A DNA stretch of 43,278 nt. It comes from an uncultured Ruminococcus sp. (GTDB lineage Bacteria; Bacillota; Clostridia; Oscillospirales; CAG-272). Position numbers and translations under genes: made by a program. Positions 9,775-18,123 of the stretch are shown here, piece by piece. Under the pieces are notes generated by a model. That model searched no databases, was not told the origin of the DNA, and worked only from the letters and a program-made list of their open reading frames with translations. Each line of letters starts with the position of its first letter. Position 1 is the first letter of the stretch. Location: positions 1 through 43,278 of the forward strand of contig CACZSA010000341.1 in NCBI GenBank assembly GCA_902783705.1, in the 5' to 3' direction.

Positions 9775-10799
9775 GTCGCGCTCTCCTTCTTCTCACTGGT
9801 CGGATTCTTGTCCATCATGCTGTACGAACGCCGGAGCGCCGCCTCAAAGAATTCGTCCGTTCCGAAGCTCGATCCGTCGGGGCGGCCCTCTCCGTTTTTC
9901 TGACGAGAGGCTTCCGCTTGCTCGACCTCATCGGGCGTCTTGTATCCGGCGGCGAACCAGTTCTCGAGCACGGCGTTTGCGTAATCCATGCTCGCCTTGC
10001 CCGTGCGGGTGACGGTGACCTCGTAGGCCTTCGCGATCATCTCGCGGGAATAGCCGAACGTGTTGGCCCAGCGGTCGATCATTTCGCGCTCCTTCTTGAT
10101 GAGCGAGCGGGAGCCCGTCCCGAATGTCTCGCGCACAAAGGTCTCGAGCCCGAGCGCCGCTTCCCGACGTGCCAGCTCTTCCTCGAGCGCGCCGTAGGTC
10201 GAGATGTCCCGGTCATAGAATTCGACCGCCATCTTCTCGACGTAGCGGATCGAGGTCTTATGGATCGACGCGGCGTGCGAGCAGAGGAGCAGGATGTACT
10301 CCGGTGTGAGGCGCAGATGATCGAGCAGCCCGACGATGACGGAGGTCTCCGCTGTGTTGAAGATCCGTCCGAGGATCTGCTGGCAGGAGTCGATGAGCTC
10401 TGCGCAGCCGTCGGTTTTCTCGACCGCCTCGGACAGCTCGTCCGCCGTGTAGGTTGGCAGCGTCTGGCGGAGCAGGACCTTCCGCTTCGACGCGCTCTTC
10501 GTGTCGGGCTTCTTCTCGACCTCGCCCGTCAGCGTGAGCTGTTCCGCCGCGGGTCGGGAGGCGTCCGGTCCGCCGTCAGCAAGGAGCACGCCCGCCGATT
10601 TCCATGCTTCCAGCGCGCGCAGAAAGGCGTTTTCCGTCAGATCGAGGGACGCGGCGCGTTCGGCGGGTTCAAACTCCGGCTCTGCGAAAACGGAGAGCAG
10701 GACCTTGAGCTCGTCCTTCGACGCCGAAGCGAGCCGCTCGGAAACCGCCTCCGCGGGGAGGGAGAGGATTCTATTTCGGTAAACTGGGGTGATTTTCAT
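9771..10799 (-). CDS. DnaD-domain replication initiation protein
   Basis: 342 aa. C-terminal DnaD-type repeat (...MIDRWANTFGYSREMIAKAYE...YANAVLENW). Translationally coupled to the DnaC-like gene. Confidence 0.7.
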   Translation of the reverse strand: MKITPVYRNRILSLPAEAVSERLASASKDELKVLLSVFAEPEFEPAERAASLDLTENAFLRALEAWKSAGVLLADGGPDASRPAAEQLTLTGEVEKKPDTKSASKRKVLLRQTLPTYTADELSEAVEKTDGCAELIDSCQQILGRIFNTAETSVIVGLLDHLRLTPEYILLLCSHAASIHKTSIRYVEKMAVEFYDRDISTYGALEEELARREAALGLETFVRETFGTGSRSLIKKEREMIDRWANTFGYSREMIAKAYEVTVTRTGKASMDYANAVLENWFAAGYKTPDEVEQAEASRQKNGEGRPDGSSFGTDEFFEAALRRSYSMMDKNPTSEKKESAT

Positions 10800-10838
10800 A
10801 ATCCATCCGAATATCTTCTGAATAATCGTGATCAGGCG

Positions 10839-11918
10839 TTATCTGCACGACGCGAGGGAAGCGATGTAATCCTCTGCCGCTTCGTCCGACGCGAAGGCGT
10901 TGAGAGAGGCGTCCGCGGTGATCCCGGCTCGGAGCAGGTGATACCCTGCGGCGGCGATCATGGCGGCATTGTCCCCGCAGAGCGGAAGCGACGGCACGCA
11001 GAACGCGGTTTTTCTCCTACGGCAGGTCTCGGCGACCGCGCGTCGCAGATGCGAGTTCGCCGCCACCCCTCCCGCCATCACGAGCGTCGATGCACCGGTT
11101 TCGCGGAGAGCGGCGGAGAGCTTTTTCGAGATCCCGTCGCAGACAGTTTTCGTGAAACATCCAGCGATCGCGCGGCGGATCTCGTCCGGGAGCTCATCGG
11201 TCTTCCGCTTCTGCTTTTCGTTGTGGATTGTGTTGATGACGGCGGTTTTCAGGCCGCTGAACGAGAAATCGAAGGTCTCGTCGCCCACAGCAGGGAAGGG
11301 GAAGACGAAAACGGGCTTTTCGGGATCGTTGTCGGCGAAGTATTCCGCTGCCAGCTTGTCCATCGCCGCGCCGCCGGGATAGGGAAGCCCCATCACCCGT
11401 CCGACCTTGTCGAAGGCCTCGCCGCAAGCATCGTCCCTCGACGCGCCGATCTCCTCAAAGGTCGTGTAATCCGGGACGCGGTAAAGCGACGTGTGCCCGC
11501 CGGAGACGACGAGCGCGAGATACGGCGGAACAAGCGCTTCATGCTCGATGTACGCCGCCGCGACGTGCCCCTCGATGTGATTGACGGGGACAAGCGGAAC
11601 GTTCAGCACCGCTGCAAGAGATTTCGCGAAGCTCACGCCGACGAGGAGCGATCCGATCAGCCCCGGCGCGAAGGTCACCGCGACCGCGTCGATTTCCGAG
11701 AGTTCGATCCCGGCTTCCCGTACAGCCTCGCGCGCGACGTTCGTGACCGCTTCGCAGTGCGCCCGGCTGGCAATTTCGGGAACCACCCCGCCGTAGAGAG
11801 CGTGAATGGCGATCTGGGAGGAGATGATATTGGAAAGCACCGTGAAGCGTCCGTCTTCCGCTTTCACGACGGCGGCGGAGGTCTCGTCACAGGAGCTTTC
11901 GACTGCAAACAAAATCAT
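10839..11918 (-). CDS. tsaD: tRNA N6-adenosine threonylcarbamoyltransferase TsaD
   Basis: 359 aa. ESSCDETS, NHIEGH and GGVAANS motifs. Confidence 0.9.
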   Translation of the reverse strand: MILFAVESSCDETSAAVVKAEDGRFTVLSNIISSQIAIHALYGGVVPEIASRAHCEAVTNVAREAVREAGIELSEIDAVAVTFAPGLIGSLLVGVSFAKSLAAVLNVPLVPVNHIEGHVAAAYIEHEALVPPYLALVVSGGHTSLYRVPDYTTFEEIGASRDDACGEAFDKVGRVMGLPYPGGAAMDKLAAEYFADNDPEKPVFVFPFPAVGDETFDFSFSGLKTAVINTIHNEKQKRKTDELPDEIRRAIAGCFTKTVCDGISKKLSAALRETGASTLVMAGGVAANSHLRRAVAETCRRRKTAFCVPSLPLCGDNAAMIAAAGYHLLRAGITADASLNAFASDEAAEDYIASLASCR

Positions 11919-12385
11919 AGATGTCCTTTATCCTCCGGGAAAAGCGCCTTCTTCATGAGGATCGCGTCCTCCCGGGGCTTGGTGTAGTAATGCCGCCGGA
12001 TCCCGATCTCGGAAAATCCGGCTTTTTTATAAAGCGAGCGCGCGGGTGTGTTGGAAGCCCGCACCTCGAGATAGACGTTCTGCGCGCCGGATTCCTCGGC
12101 GTCGTCGAGCATCCGGATGAGCAGGAGGCCGCCGACACCCTCGTGGCGGTGATCCGGTGCGGCGGCAATATTGAGGATCTCCGCCTCCTCGCCGATCGTG
12201 AGCAGGCAGGAGAATCCGACGAGGACGCCGTCCCGCTCCGCCGCGTAAATCGTGACGGGACCTCCCGCAAACGCATCCAGGAAGCTCTGCCTCGACCACG
12301 GGCAGGTGAAGGAGGCGTTCTCGATCGCAAGGATTTCCTCGAGCTCATCCTCACGCGCCGGGCGGATCAGGCAGTCAGCTGACAT
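11915..12385 (-). CDS. rimI: ribosomal-protein-alanine N-acetyltransferase
   Basis: 156 aa GNAT (HRHEGVGGLLL). ATGA overlap with tsaD. Confidence 0.8.
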   Translation of the reverse strand: MSADCLIRPAREDELEEILAIENASFTCPWSRQSFLDAFAGGPVTIYAAERDGVLVGFSCLLTIGEEAEILNIAAAPDHRHEGVGGLLLIRMLDDAEESGAQNVYLEVRASNTPARSLYKKAGFSEIGIRRHYYTKPREDAILMKKALFPEDKGHL

Positions 12386-12989
12386 ATCCGTCGAGAAGAT
12401 CGCCGATCATCACGGAGCGCTTGGTCGTTCGGTCATAGAGAAATTTTCCCTCGGGGAATTCGCCGTAGGTGAGGTTGAAATAGATGTGCGGGTACTTGTC
12501 CGACCAGAATTTCAGCTCGCGCGTCAGGGTCGAGCCGACGAGGGGCCACTCCGCGTACTCCCCGTTCTCGTACAGATCGAGGAGCTTTGCGATGATTTCC
12601 GCGTCCTCGACGGTCGAGACGCCGTAGGTGATCTCCTCGTTGATGCAGACGAAGACCTTCGAGGGCTCCATCTCCGCGAGCGTGGGAAGCGCGAGGTCCG
12701 CGTCGTAGAAGACCGTCGTCGCCGTGCCCGCGTAGGCTTCGGTCAGCCATTCCTTCGGATCGAGACCGACGATCTCATAGAGTACGAGATCGGCCTTGCC
12801 GTAGTACGCGAATTCCTCCCCGACCGCCGCCGGCTCGTAGTTGAGGGGCGCGGCATTGTAGGCCAGATGCTTGAATTTGTTGATCATCTGCCCGTTCTCA
12901 TAGGTGAGGTTCACGAGGCGGGCGGAGCAGGAGGCGAGGGTGAGGGCGGCGAGAAGAGCGGCGGCCGCGCGCCGGATGGGATGATTCAT
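12375..12989 (-). CDS. putative lipoprotein
   Basis: 204 aa. Signal peptide with lipobox LTLASC. Overlaps the rimI start by 11 nt. Confidence 0.65.
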   Translation of the reverse strand: MNHPIRRAAAALLAALTLASCSARLVNLTYENGQMINKFKHLAYNAAPLNYEPAAVGEEFAYYGKADLVLYEIVGLDPKEWLTEAYAGTATTVFYDADLALPTLAEMEPSKVFVCINEEITYGVSTVEDAEIIAKLLDLYENGEYAEWPLVGSTLTRELKFWSDKYPHIYFNLTYGEFPEGKFLYDRTTKRSVMIGDLLDGYVS

Positions 12990-13022
12990 AAACCGGGTTG
13001 TCCTCCAATATAATACGGGTGG

Positions 13023-13511
13023 TCAATAACCGAGCGCACCGGAGAGGGAATCGTCGTTCTCGATCCATTCCGAGACGTCGATCTCGCGGAACTCGTCGGC
13101 GGTGTCGCGGATGTAGACCTTCGAGATCCCTGCGTTGATGATGAGCTTCTTGCACATCATGCACGAATTCGTGTTCGGCTGGACCTCTCCGGTCACAGGG
13201 CTTGTGCAGCACATGTAAAGCGACGCGCCGAGCATGTTCTCACGGGCCGCCGCGATGATGGCGTTGGCCTCGCTGTGGACCGAGCGGCAGAGCTCGTACC
13301 GTTCCCCGCGCGGGATCTTCAGCTTTTCGCGGTAGCAGGAGCCGATATCGGTGCAGTTCTGCCGTCCGCGGGGGGATCCGTTGTATCCCGTCGAGATGAT
13401 GACGTCGTTCTTGACGATGATCGCTCCGAACCGCCGGCGCAGGCAGGTGCTCCGCTCGGAGACTGTCTGGGCGATATCGAGATAATAGTTGTGCTTGCTG
13501 ACGCGTTCCAT
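13023..13511 (-). CDS. dCMP deaminase (ComEB family)
   Basis: 162 aa. Zinc motifs HSEANAI and CMMCKK. Confidence 0.85.
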   Translation of the reverse strand: MERVSKHNYYLDIAQTVSERSTCLRRRFGAIIVKNDVIISTGYNGSPRGRQNCTDIGSCYREKLKIPRGERYELCRSVHSEANAIIAAARENMLGASLYMCCTSPVTGEVQPNTNSCMMCKKLIINAGISKVYIRDTADEFREIDVSEWIENDDSLSGALGY

Positions 13512-13537
13512 AATTGCTCCCGTTCCGTGTTTTTTCC

Positions 13538-13546
13538 ATTATACAC
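13538..13546 (-). promoter_or_regulatory. extended -10 (TGTATAAT) for the dCMP deaminase gene
   Basis: Revcomp of attataca at 13538-13545, ~27 nt upstream of the ATG. Confidence 0.4.
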
Positions 13547-13627
13547 CACGGAATGTGAAAAAATCAAGACGTCGGCGCATACGCTCTGAGAAATTTTCAA
13601 AATTCGGGACCCAGAGGAGGAAAACCG

Positions 13628-15169
13628 TTGAAAAAAAGCGTACAGTTCCTCAAAAACGCGCTCACCCTCTCCGTCGTCGGGATCCTCATGCGGGGACTCG
13701 CCGTCAGCTTCAACGCCTACGTCAACCGCAAGATCGGCGCGGAGAGCATGGGCCTCTTCACCCTCGTCATGAGCGTTTACAGCTTTGCCGTCACCCTCGC
13801 CCTCTCCTGTGTCAACCTCGGCGCGGTCCGGCTGACCTCCGAGCGGGCGGCCTCCCTCGGCGAGGCGGATGCGGACGCGGCGTCGTGGAGAAGGGTTATG
13901 CGGGGCGTGATCCGAGCGGTCTGCCTCTACAGCCTCCTCTTCGGACTTTCGAGCGGCATTCTGCTGTATCTCACGTCCGGCATCATCGCGGAAAAGCTTC
14001 TCGGAGACTTTCGCACCCTCTCCTCCCTCCGCGTGCTGGCTCTGAGCCTCCCGGCGATCTCGCTCTCATCCGCCCTCTCCGGTTATTTCACAGGCCTGCG
14101 CAAGGTGAAAAAGAACGCCGCCGCCTCGATCTCGGAACAGTTCGTCAAGATCGCCGTGACCTCGACCGCGCTCCTCTTTGTGGTGCCGGACAACGTGGAG
14201 TCGGCCTGCCTCGCCGTGGTCGGGGGATCCGCCGTCGCCGAGGCGTGGACGCTTGTGCTGCACATCCTCCTCTATCTCACCGATTCGAAGCGGCCCGGCG
14301 GCGTGAAGGCAGGGAAGAGAGAGGTCCGGATGAAGACGATCTTCGGCGAGTGTGTCGGGATCTCGCTTCCTGCGGCGGTCGGCGCGTATGCCAGGCAGGG
14401 GCTGACGACGCTGGAGCATCTCGCGATCCCGAAGGGACTGGTGAAGAGCGGGCTCACCCAGCAGACGGCGCTGTCGCAGTACGGACTCCTGCAGGGGATC
14501 GCGTTTCCGCTCGTCATGTTCCCGTACGCCGTGATCCATTCGTTCACCTCGCTCCTCGTCCCGGAGATGGCGGAGCGCCATGCCCTCGGCGACACGGCGG
14601 GGATGCGCGCGACCGTCCGTCAGGTCTACCGCTGGTCCGCGCTGTTCTCCGTCGCGGCGTGCGCGGTCTTTGTCAATTTCGCCCGCGAGCTCGGCGTGAT
14701 GATCTACGATTCCGGCGAGGCGGCGCGGTACACGCTTCTGCTCGGCGCGCTCGTGCCGTTCATGTATCTCGACACCGCCGTCGACGCGCTTCTCAAGGGC
14801 ATGGGCGAGCAGGTCTATTCGATGAAGGTGAACATCGCCGACGCGGCGAGCGGATTGATCCTCGTGATGCTCCTGACGCCCGCGCTCGGGATATACGGAT
14901 ATCTCCTCACGATCTGGCTCTGTGAAGTCGGGAATCTCGCGGCGAGCATCGCAAGGCTCGGACACGTGACGGGGGTCGGAGTAAGGGAAGCGCTGCCGTA
15001 CTATCTCCGCCCGCTCGCCGCTGCCGCTGTCCTCTCCGTCGCGCATCTCATGACCCTCGATCTCCTCACGCCGCTCGCCTCGATGAGCGCCTTCCTTGCT
15101 CTCTACGCGCTCCTCACCCTTGGTTTCCCCGAGCGAAAAAACTTCAAAATCAAAGAACCCGCGGCGTGA
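13628..15169 (+). CDS. MOP-superfamily flippase, SpoVB-like
   Basis: 513 aa, polytopic. TTG start after GAGGAGG. The N-terminus resembles SpoVB/MurJ-type proteins. A CATACGCT box ~50 nt upstream resembles a sigma-E -10. Confidence 0.7.
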   Translation: MKKSVQFLKNALTLSVVGILMRGLAVSFNAYVNRKIGAESMGLFTLVMSVYSFAVTLALSCVNLGAVRLTSERAASLGEADADAASWRRVMRGVIRAVCLYSLLFGLSSGILLYLTSGIIAEKLLGDFRTLSSLRVLALSLPAISLSSALSGYFTGLRKVKKNAAASISEQFVKIAVTSTALLFVVPDNVESACLAVVGGSAVAEAWTLVLHILLYLTDSKRPGGVKAGKREVRMKTIFGECVGISLPAAVGAYARQGLTTLEHLAIPKGLVKSGLTQQTALSQYGLLQGIAFPLVMFPYAVIHSFTSLLVPEMAERHALGDTAGMRATVRQVYRWSALFSVAACAVFVNFARELGVMIYDSGEAARYTLLLGALVPFMYLDTAVDALLKGMGEQVYSMKVNIADAASGLILVMLLTPALGIYGYLLTIWLCEVGNLAASIARLGHVTGVGVREALPYYLRPLAAAAVLSVAHLMTLDLLTPLASMSAFLALYALLTLGFPERKNFKIKEPAA

Positions 15170-15190
15170 AGGACCGCGGGCTTTGTTGTT
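15158..15190. terminator. bidirectional terminator between convergent genes
   Basis: CCCGCGG, 9-nt loop, CCGCGGG, with T-rich tracts on both strands. It overlaps the last codons of the flippase gene. Confidence 0.55.
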
Positions 15191-15191
15191 C

Positions 15192-16448
15192 TCAGAGGAT
15201 CCGATCGGTGATGCAGTCGTACCAGTGGACGAACGTCTCCCCGTTGACCATCAAGCGCTCGTTTTCGGGTAGCGCCTCCGACCACAGACAGCCGTACCGC
15301 TCGATCATCCAGTCATCGGCGTTGAAGCGTCTCCAGAGGACGGTTCTGCCGTCCTTGTCCAGATAGTGTTCGCAGAGCATCGCGCCGTTGTTGTACTGAA
15401 TGTCGACGAGACGCACGGTGTCGTATTCCGCACCGGCAAGCGTGACGGTGAAGCGTCCGACGATGTCCGAAATGTCGCCTTCTGCTTTATGAACAAGACG
15501 AACCCCGTCCTGCGTGATCCGCCCCTCCGCCGTCCGATCGACGGGAAAACCGCAGTTTCCCTCGCCGATGCCGTAGGACTCTTCAAATTCCTCGTCGAGG
15601 AACGTGACGATCTTCCGGCATCCGTCCGCGACCTGCTCGCCGCCGAGATACCGGCACCGCGATTCGGTGAGCTGCGCGAAGATCACGCTCTCTTCTTTGT
15701 CCTTGTCTTCTGTGTACTGACTTCTGATCTCAACGCCTTCGATCCCGTGCACCATGATCCTTCCGGTGACTTTCAGATCATACCGTCCGGTGCATCGCTT
15801 CTCGGGAAAGTCATACATGGCAAAGGAGCAGGTCTCGTGCGGGGCAGGGAGGATGAACATCCCCGGCAGCTCGCGGTGCTGAACGGCGAACGGAGCCTCG
15901 TTCCGCTGCTGAATCGTATATTCCGGCAGAATTTCGGGAAATTTACTCATGTTTTTCTCTCCTTTCGGTTCCGGTTTGTACGGATATTCTTCCTTGAATT
16001 TTTCTCTTGCATAGTGCAGGCGGCTTTTGACCGTCCCGAGCGGGATGCCGAGCCGCGCGGCGATCTGATCCTGCGGCAGCTCCCGGAAATAATAGAGATA
16101 CAGAATCTGCTTCTCGCTGCCGCCGAGCCGGTCGAGCGTTTCGCGGACAACGGAGGATGCTGTCACGCCGTGCGTACCGACGGTGAGCGCCGATTCGTTC
16201 AATTGATCGATCGGGATCTCGAGTATCTTGGCTTTTTCTCGGAAATAGTCGCCGCACTTGTGACGCGCGATGCCGAGAAGCCACGATTTGAACAGAGTCT
16301 TGTCGCTCAGGCTCTCGAAGCTCCGGAACGCGGCGACGCAGACCTCCTGCAGGACGTCCTCGGCGTCGTGGAGATTTGAGATCCGGTATCGGATAAATCG
16401 CTCGAGCACCGCCATCTCTTCCGAGAGCCGCTCTTCAAATTCGCTCAT
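15192..16448 (-). CDS. ECF-type sigma-70 family factor fused to a ~250-aa C-terminal domain of unknown function
   Basis: Region 2 (DVLQEVCVAAF...WLLGIARHKCGDYFR) and region 4 (ELPQDQIAARLGIPLGTVKSRLHYAR) lie in the first ~165 aa. Start placed at ATG 16448 (GAGGTG SD) rather than the track GTG at 16457. An internal AGGAG plus ATG sits at 15950. Confidence 0.75.
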   Translation of the reverse strand: MSEFEERLSEEMAVLERFIRYRISNLHDAEDVLQEVCVAAFRSFESLSDKTLFKSWLLGIARHKCGDYFREKAKILEIPIDQLNESALTVGTHGVTASSVVRETLDRLGGSEKQILYLYYFRELPQDQIAARLGIPLGTVKSRLHYAREKFKEEYPYKPEPKGEKNMSKFPEILPEYTIQQRNEAPFAVQHRELPGMFILPAPHETCSFAMYDFPEKRCTGRYDLKVTGRIMVHGIEGVEIRSQYTEDKDKEESVIFAQLTESRCRYLGGEQVADGCRKIVTFLDEEFEESYGIGEGNCGFPVDRTAEGRITQDGVRLVHKAEGDISDIVGRFTVTLAGAEYDTVRLVDIQYNNGAMLCEHYLDKDGRTVLWRRFNADDWMIERYGCLWSEALPENERLMVNGETFVHWYDCITDRIL

Positions 16449-16499
16449 GCTGTTCACCTCGCTTTCGATCGGATTCTGAAACCGGTTTCACCATATACA

Positions 16500-16524
16500 G
16501 TCGGAAAAATCACGCGAAAGGTTC
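16500..16524 (-). promoter_or_regulatory. possible ECF-type promoter (GAAC-N17-CGAC)
   Basis: Minus strand: GTGAACC...CGAC, ~50 nt upstream of the sigma gene ATG. Only a weak match to AAC-N16/17-CGT type promoters. Confidence 0.25.
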
Positions 16525-16574
16525 ACGGATCCGGGAAAAACATCGGGAAAATATGAAAAAATCCCCTGAAACGT

Positions 16575-16600
16575 GAAAAGACACCTCGATAAGGTGTCTT
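16575..16600 (-). terminator. terminator after tRNA-Glu
   Basis: Minus strand: AGACACCT-TATCG-AGGTGTCT followed by TTTCAC. Confidence 0.5.
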
Positions 16601-16602
16601 TC

Positions 16603-16674
16603 TGACCCGTGGGGGAATCGAACCCCCGTTTACGCCGTGAGAGGGCGTCGTCTTAGCCGCTTGACCAACAGGCC
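16603..16674 (-). tRNA. tRNA-Glu (anticodon CUC)
   Basis: 72-nt cloverleaf. Acceptor GGCCTGT/ACGGGTC. D-arm GTC-AAGCGGCTAA-GAC. Anticodon arm ACGCC-CTCTCAC-GGCGT. T-arm GGGGG-TTCGATT-CCCCC. CCA is not encoded. Confidence 0.9.
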
Positions 16675-16694
16675 GTGTTCCTTGGAACGGTGTT

Positions 16695-16705
16695 ATTATA
16701 GCACA
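16695..16705 (-). promoter_or_regulatory. TGTGCTATAAT promoter box for tRNA-Glu
   Basis: Revcomp of attatagcaca. The -10 ends ~20 nt upstream of tRNA position 1. Confidence 0.5.
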
Positions 16706-16738
16706 TCTTTCTCCGGAATGCAAGGGGTTTTCGGAAAT

Positions 16739-17380
16739 TTATCCGAGAAATTTTTGAAGCGCGATCTGTGAGGCGGCGATGAGAATGTGACAGGCGAAGT
16801 AAGTCGGGCAGATCCAGCGACCGACCTTCTTCCTGCCGAGGAAACGGGAGAGCGCGATGAGCGTGTCCGAGAAGAGGATGAACGCGATCCCCGCGGAGAA
16901 GAGGAGCTTAGGGAGCGGCGGATGCGCGGAGAAGAGGGAAGCGGTCATCACACAGAGGGAGATCCCGGTGTAGGCTGTCGCCGCGATCCGAAGAAATCGC
17001 TCGCCGATTGCGGGATAGAGAGTCTTCACAAGAAAGACGGCGTATCCGACGGCAAGGAGCGCGCCGAGGATCGTCCAGAGGGGCCATGCAGATGTGACAG
17101 CCGCCGTCCGGAGCGCGCAGATGAGAAAGCAGGCGTGCGCGAGGAAGAAACCGACGATCCCGCCAAGCAGCATCCGGTCGCTGTTTTTTCCTCCGGAGTG
17201 CGCCATGAAATAGTCGCCGACAACGGAGAGCGCGTAGGCAGCCGGAATAAAGATCGACGAGCGGACGAGGAGCACGATCGCGAGACAGGAGAGCGTGACC
17301 GACGCGCTCAGGGGATATTTCCCGGTTTTCGCGTGCAGGACGGCGAAGAGCGCGGGGACGAGGAGCGTGAGATACAGCAT
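16739..17380 (-). CDS. YhhN-family membrane protein (lysoplasmalogenase-like)
   Basis: Polytopic. VVGDYFM and FILFSDTLIAL motifs. Start moved to ATG 17380 (GGAGG 6 nt upstream) from the track TTG at 17425. Confidence 0.65.
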   Translation of the reverse strand: MLYLTLLVPALFAVLHAKTGKYPLSASVTLSCLAIVLLVRSSIFIPAAYALSVVGDYFMAHSGGKNSDRMLLGGIVGFFLAHACFLICALRTAAVTSAWPLWTILGALLAVGYAVFLVKTLYPAIGERFLRIAATAYTGISLCVMTASLFSAHPPLPKLLFSAGIAFILFSDTLIALSRFLGRKKVGRWICPTYFACHILIAASQIALQKFLG

Positions 17381-17470
17381 GCGCGGCCTCCGGTTTAATG
17401 CAGAGATGGGAGTGCTGACAAACAAATCGTCCGGCGCATCGGGATGACGGAGACGCGCCGGACTGTGAGA

Positions 17471-17938
17471 TTATTTCGCTTCGGGTTCGAAGGTCTTCGT
17501 TGTCGGGGCCTTGCCGTTGAGGGCGATGACCCAGTTCTGCATCTTTCTCGACCAGTCGACGATGTGCTGACGCTCCTCGAGGGAGATCTTTTTCGAGAAG
17601 TTGAAGCGGCCTGTGTTGACATAGTAGGTCTCCTCGAGCACATAGGTCCCGGCGGTGCGGAGGATCTCCTTGACCTGCTCCTCGCCTTCGGAACCCGGCG
17701 CGCCGTCAATGAACAGGGCGGTATAGGTCGCCTTATCGGGTGTGAGCTCGGCGCAGAAGCGGCGCACGCGGTCTTCAGGGTCGCCGTTCATCGTCAGACC
17801 GATGAGCACGAGGCGTTCCTTGTCTGCCGGATATGCCGGGGGAATGTCGTTGACAAGACATCCGTTCGCCGCGCCGATGGCCTCCGCATAGGTCACCATC
17901 TTGCCTTTTTTCGTTGCGTACATTACTCTCATTTTCAT
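17471..17938 (-). CDS. hypothetical protein, flavodoxin-like fold suspected
   Basis: 155 aa. GGAGG SD. An alternating beta-alpha pattern, but no clear FMN loop. Confidence 0.55.
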   Translation of the reverse strand: MKMRVMYATKKGKMVTYAEAIGAANGCLVNDIPPAYPADKERLVLIGLTMNGDPEDRVRRFCAELTPDKATYTALFIDGAPGSEGEEQVKEILRTAGTYVLEETYYVNTGRFNFSKKISLEERQHIVDWSRKMQNWVIALNGKAPTTKTFEPEAK

Positions 17939-17991
17939 GGGGTGAAATCCTCCGATCGGTAATTCTGGATGCTTTTTTGTGATTAAATCGT

Positions 17992-18002
17992 ATTATAGCA
18001 CA
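17992..18002 (-). promoter_or_regulatory. TGTGCTATAAT promoter box
   Basis: Revcomp of attatagcaca, ~55 nt upstream of the ATG at 17938. Confidence 0.5.
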
Positions 18003-18062
18003 TTTCTATGCCCGCGTAAAGTCAAAAGTGTAACTTTTTTGGGTTTTGTTCTCCCGATTTGC

Positions 18063-18091
18063 TTGACAGAACGCCGCCGATATGGTAGACT
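18063..18091 (+). promoter_or_regulatory. sigma-A type promoter for the sulfotransferase gene
   Basis: TTGACA (18063-18068), 17 nt, TGGTAGACT with the -10 at 18086-18091. Confidence 0.55.
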
Positions 18092-18123
18092 ACGGGTAAA
18101 CATACTGAAATCCGAGGTGCATC

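Noticed and set aside
8794-10799. The DnaD-like and DnaC-like pair as a prophage replication module.
   Set aside because: There are no phage structural, integrase, repressor or lysis genes on either side. GC and codon usage look native. The pair is embedded between housekeeping genes.
12375-12989. A lipoprotein gene where tsaB is usually found upstream of rimI-tsaD.
   Set aside because: tsaB and tsaE may simply be encoded elsewhere. The overlap with rimI suggests an old, stable arrangement. Nothing further can be tested from this window.
16523-16723. 66-aa ORF.
   Set aside because: It is read straight through tRNA-Glu and its terminator.
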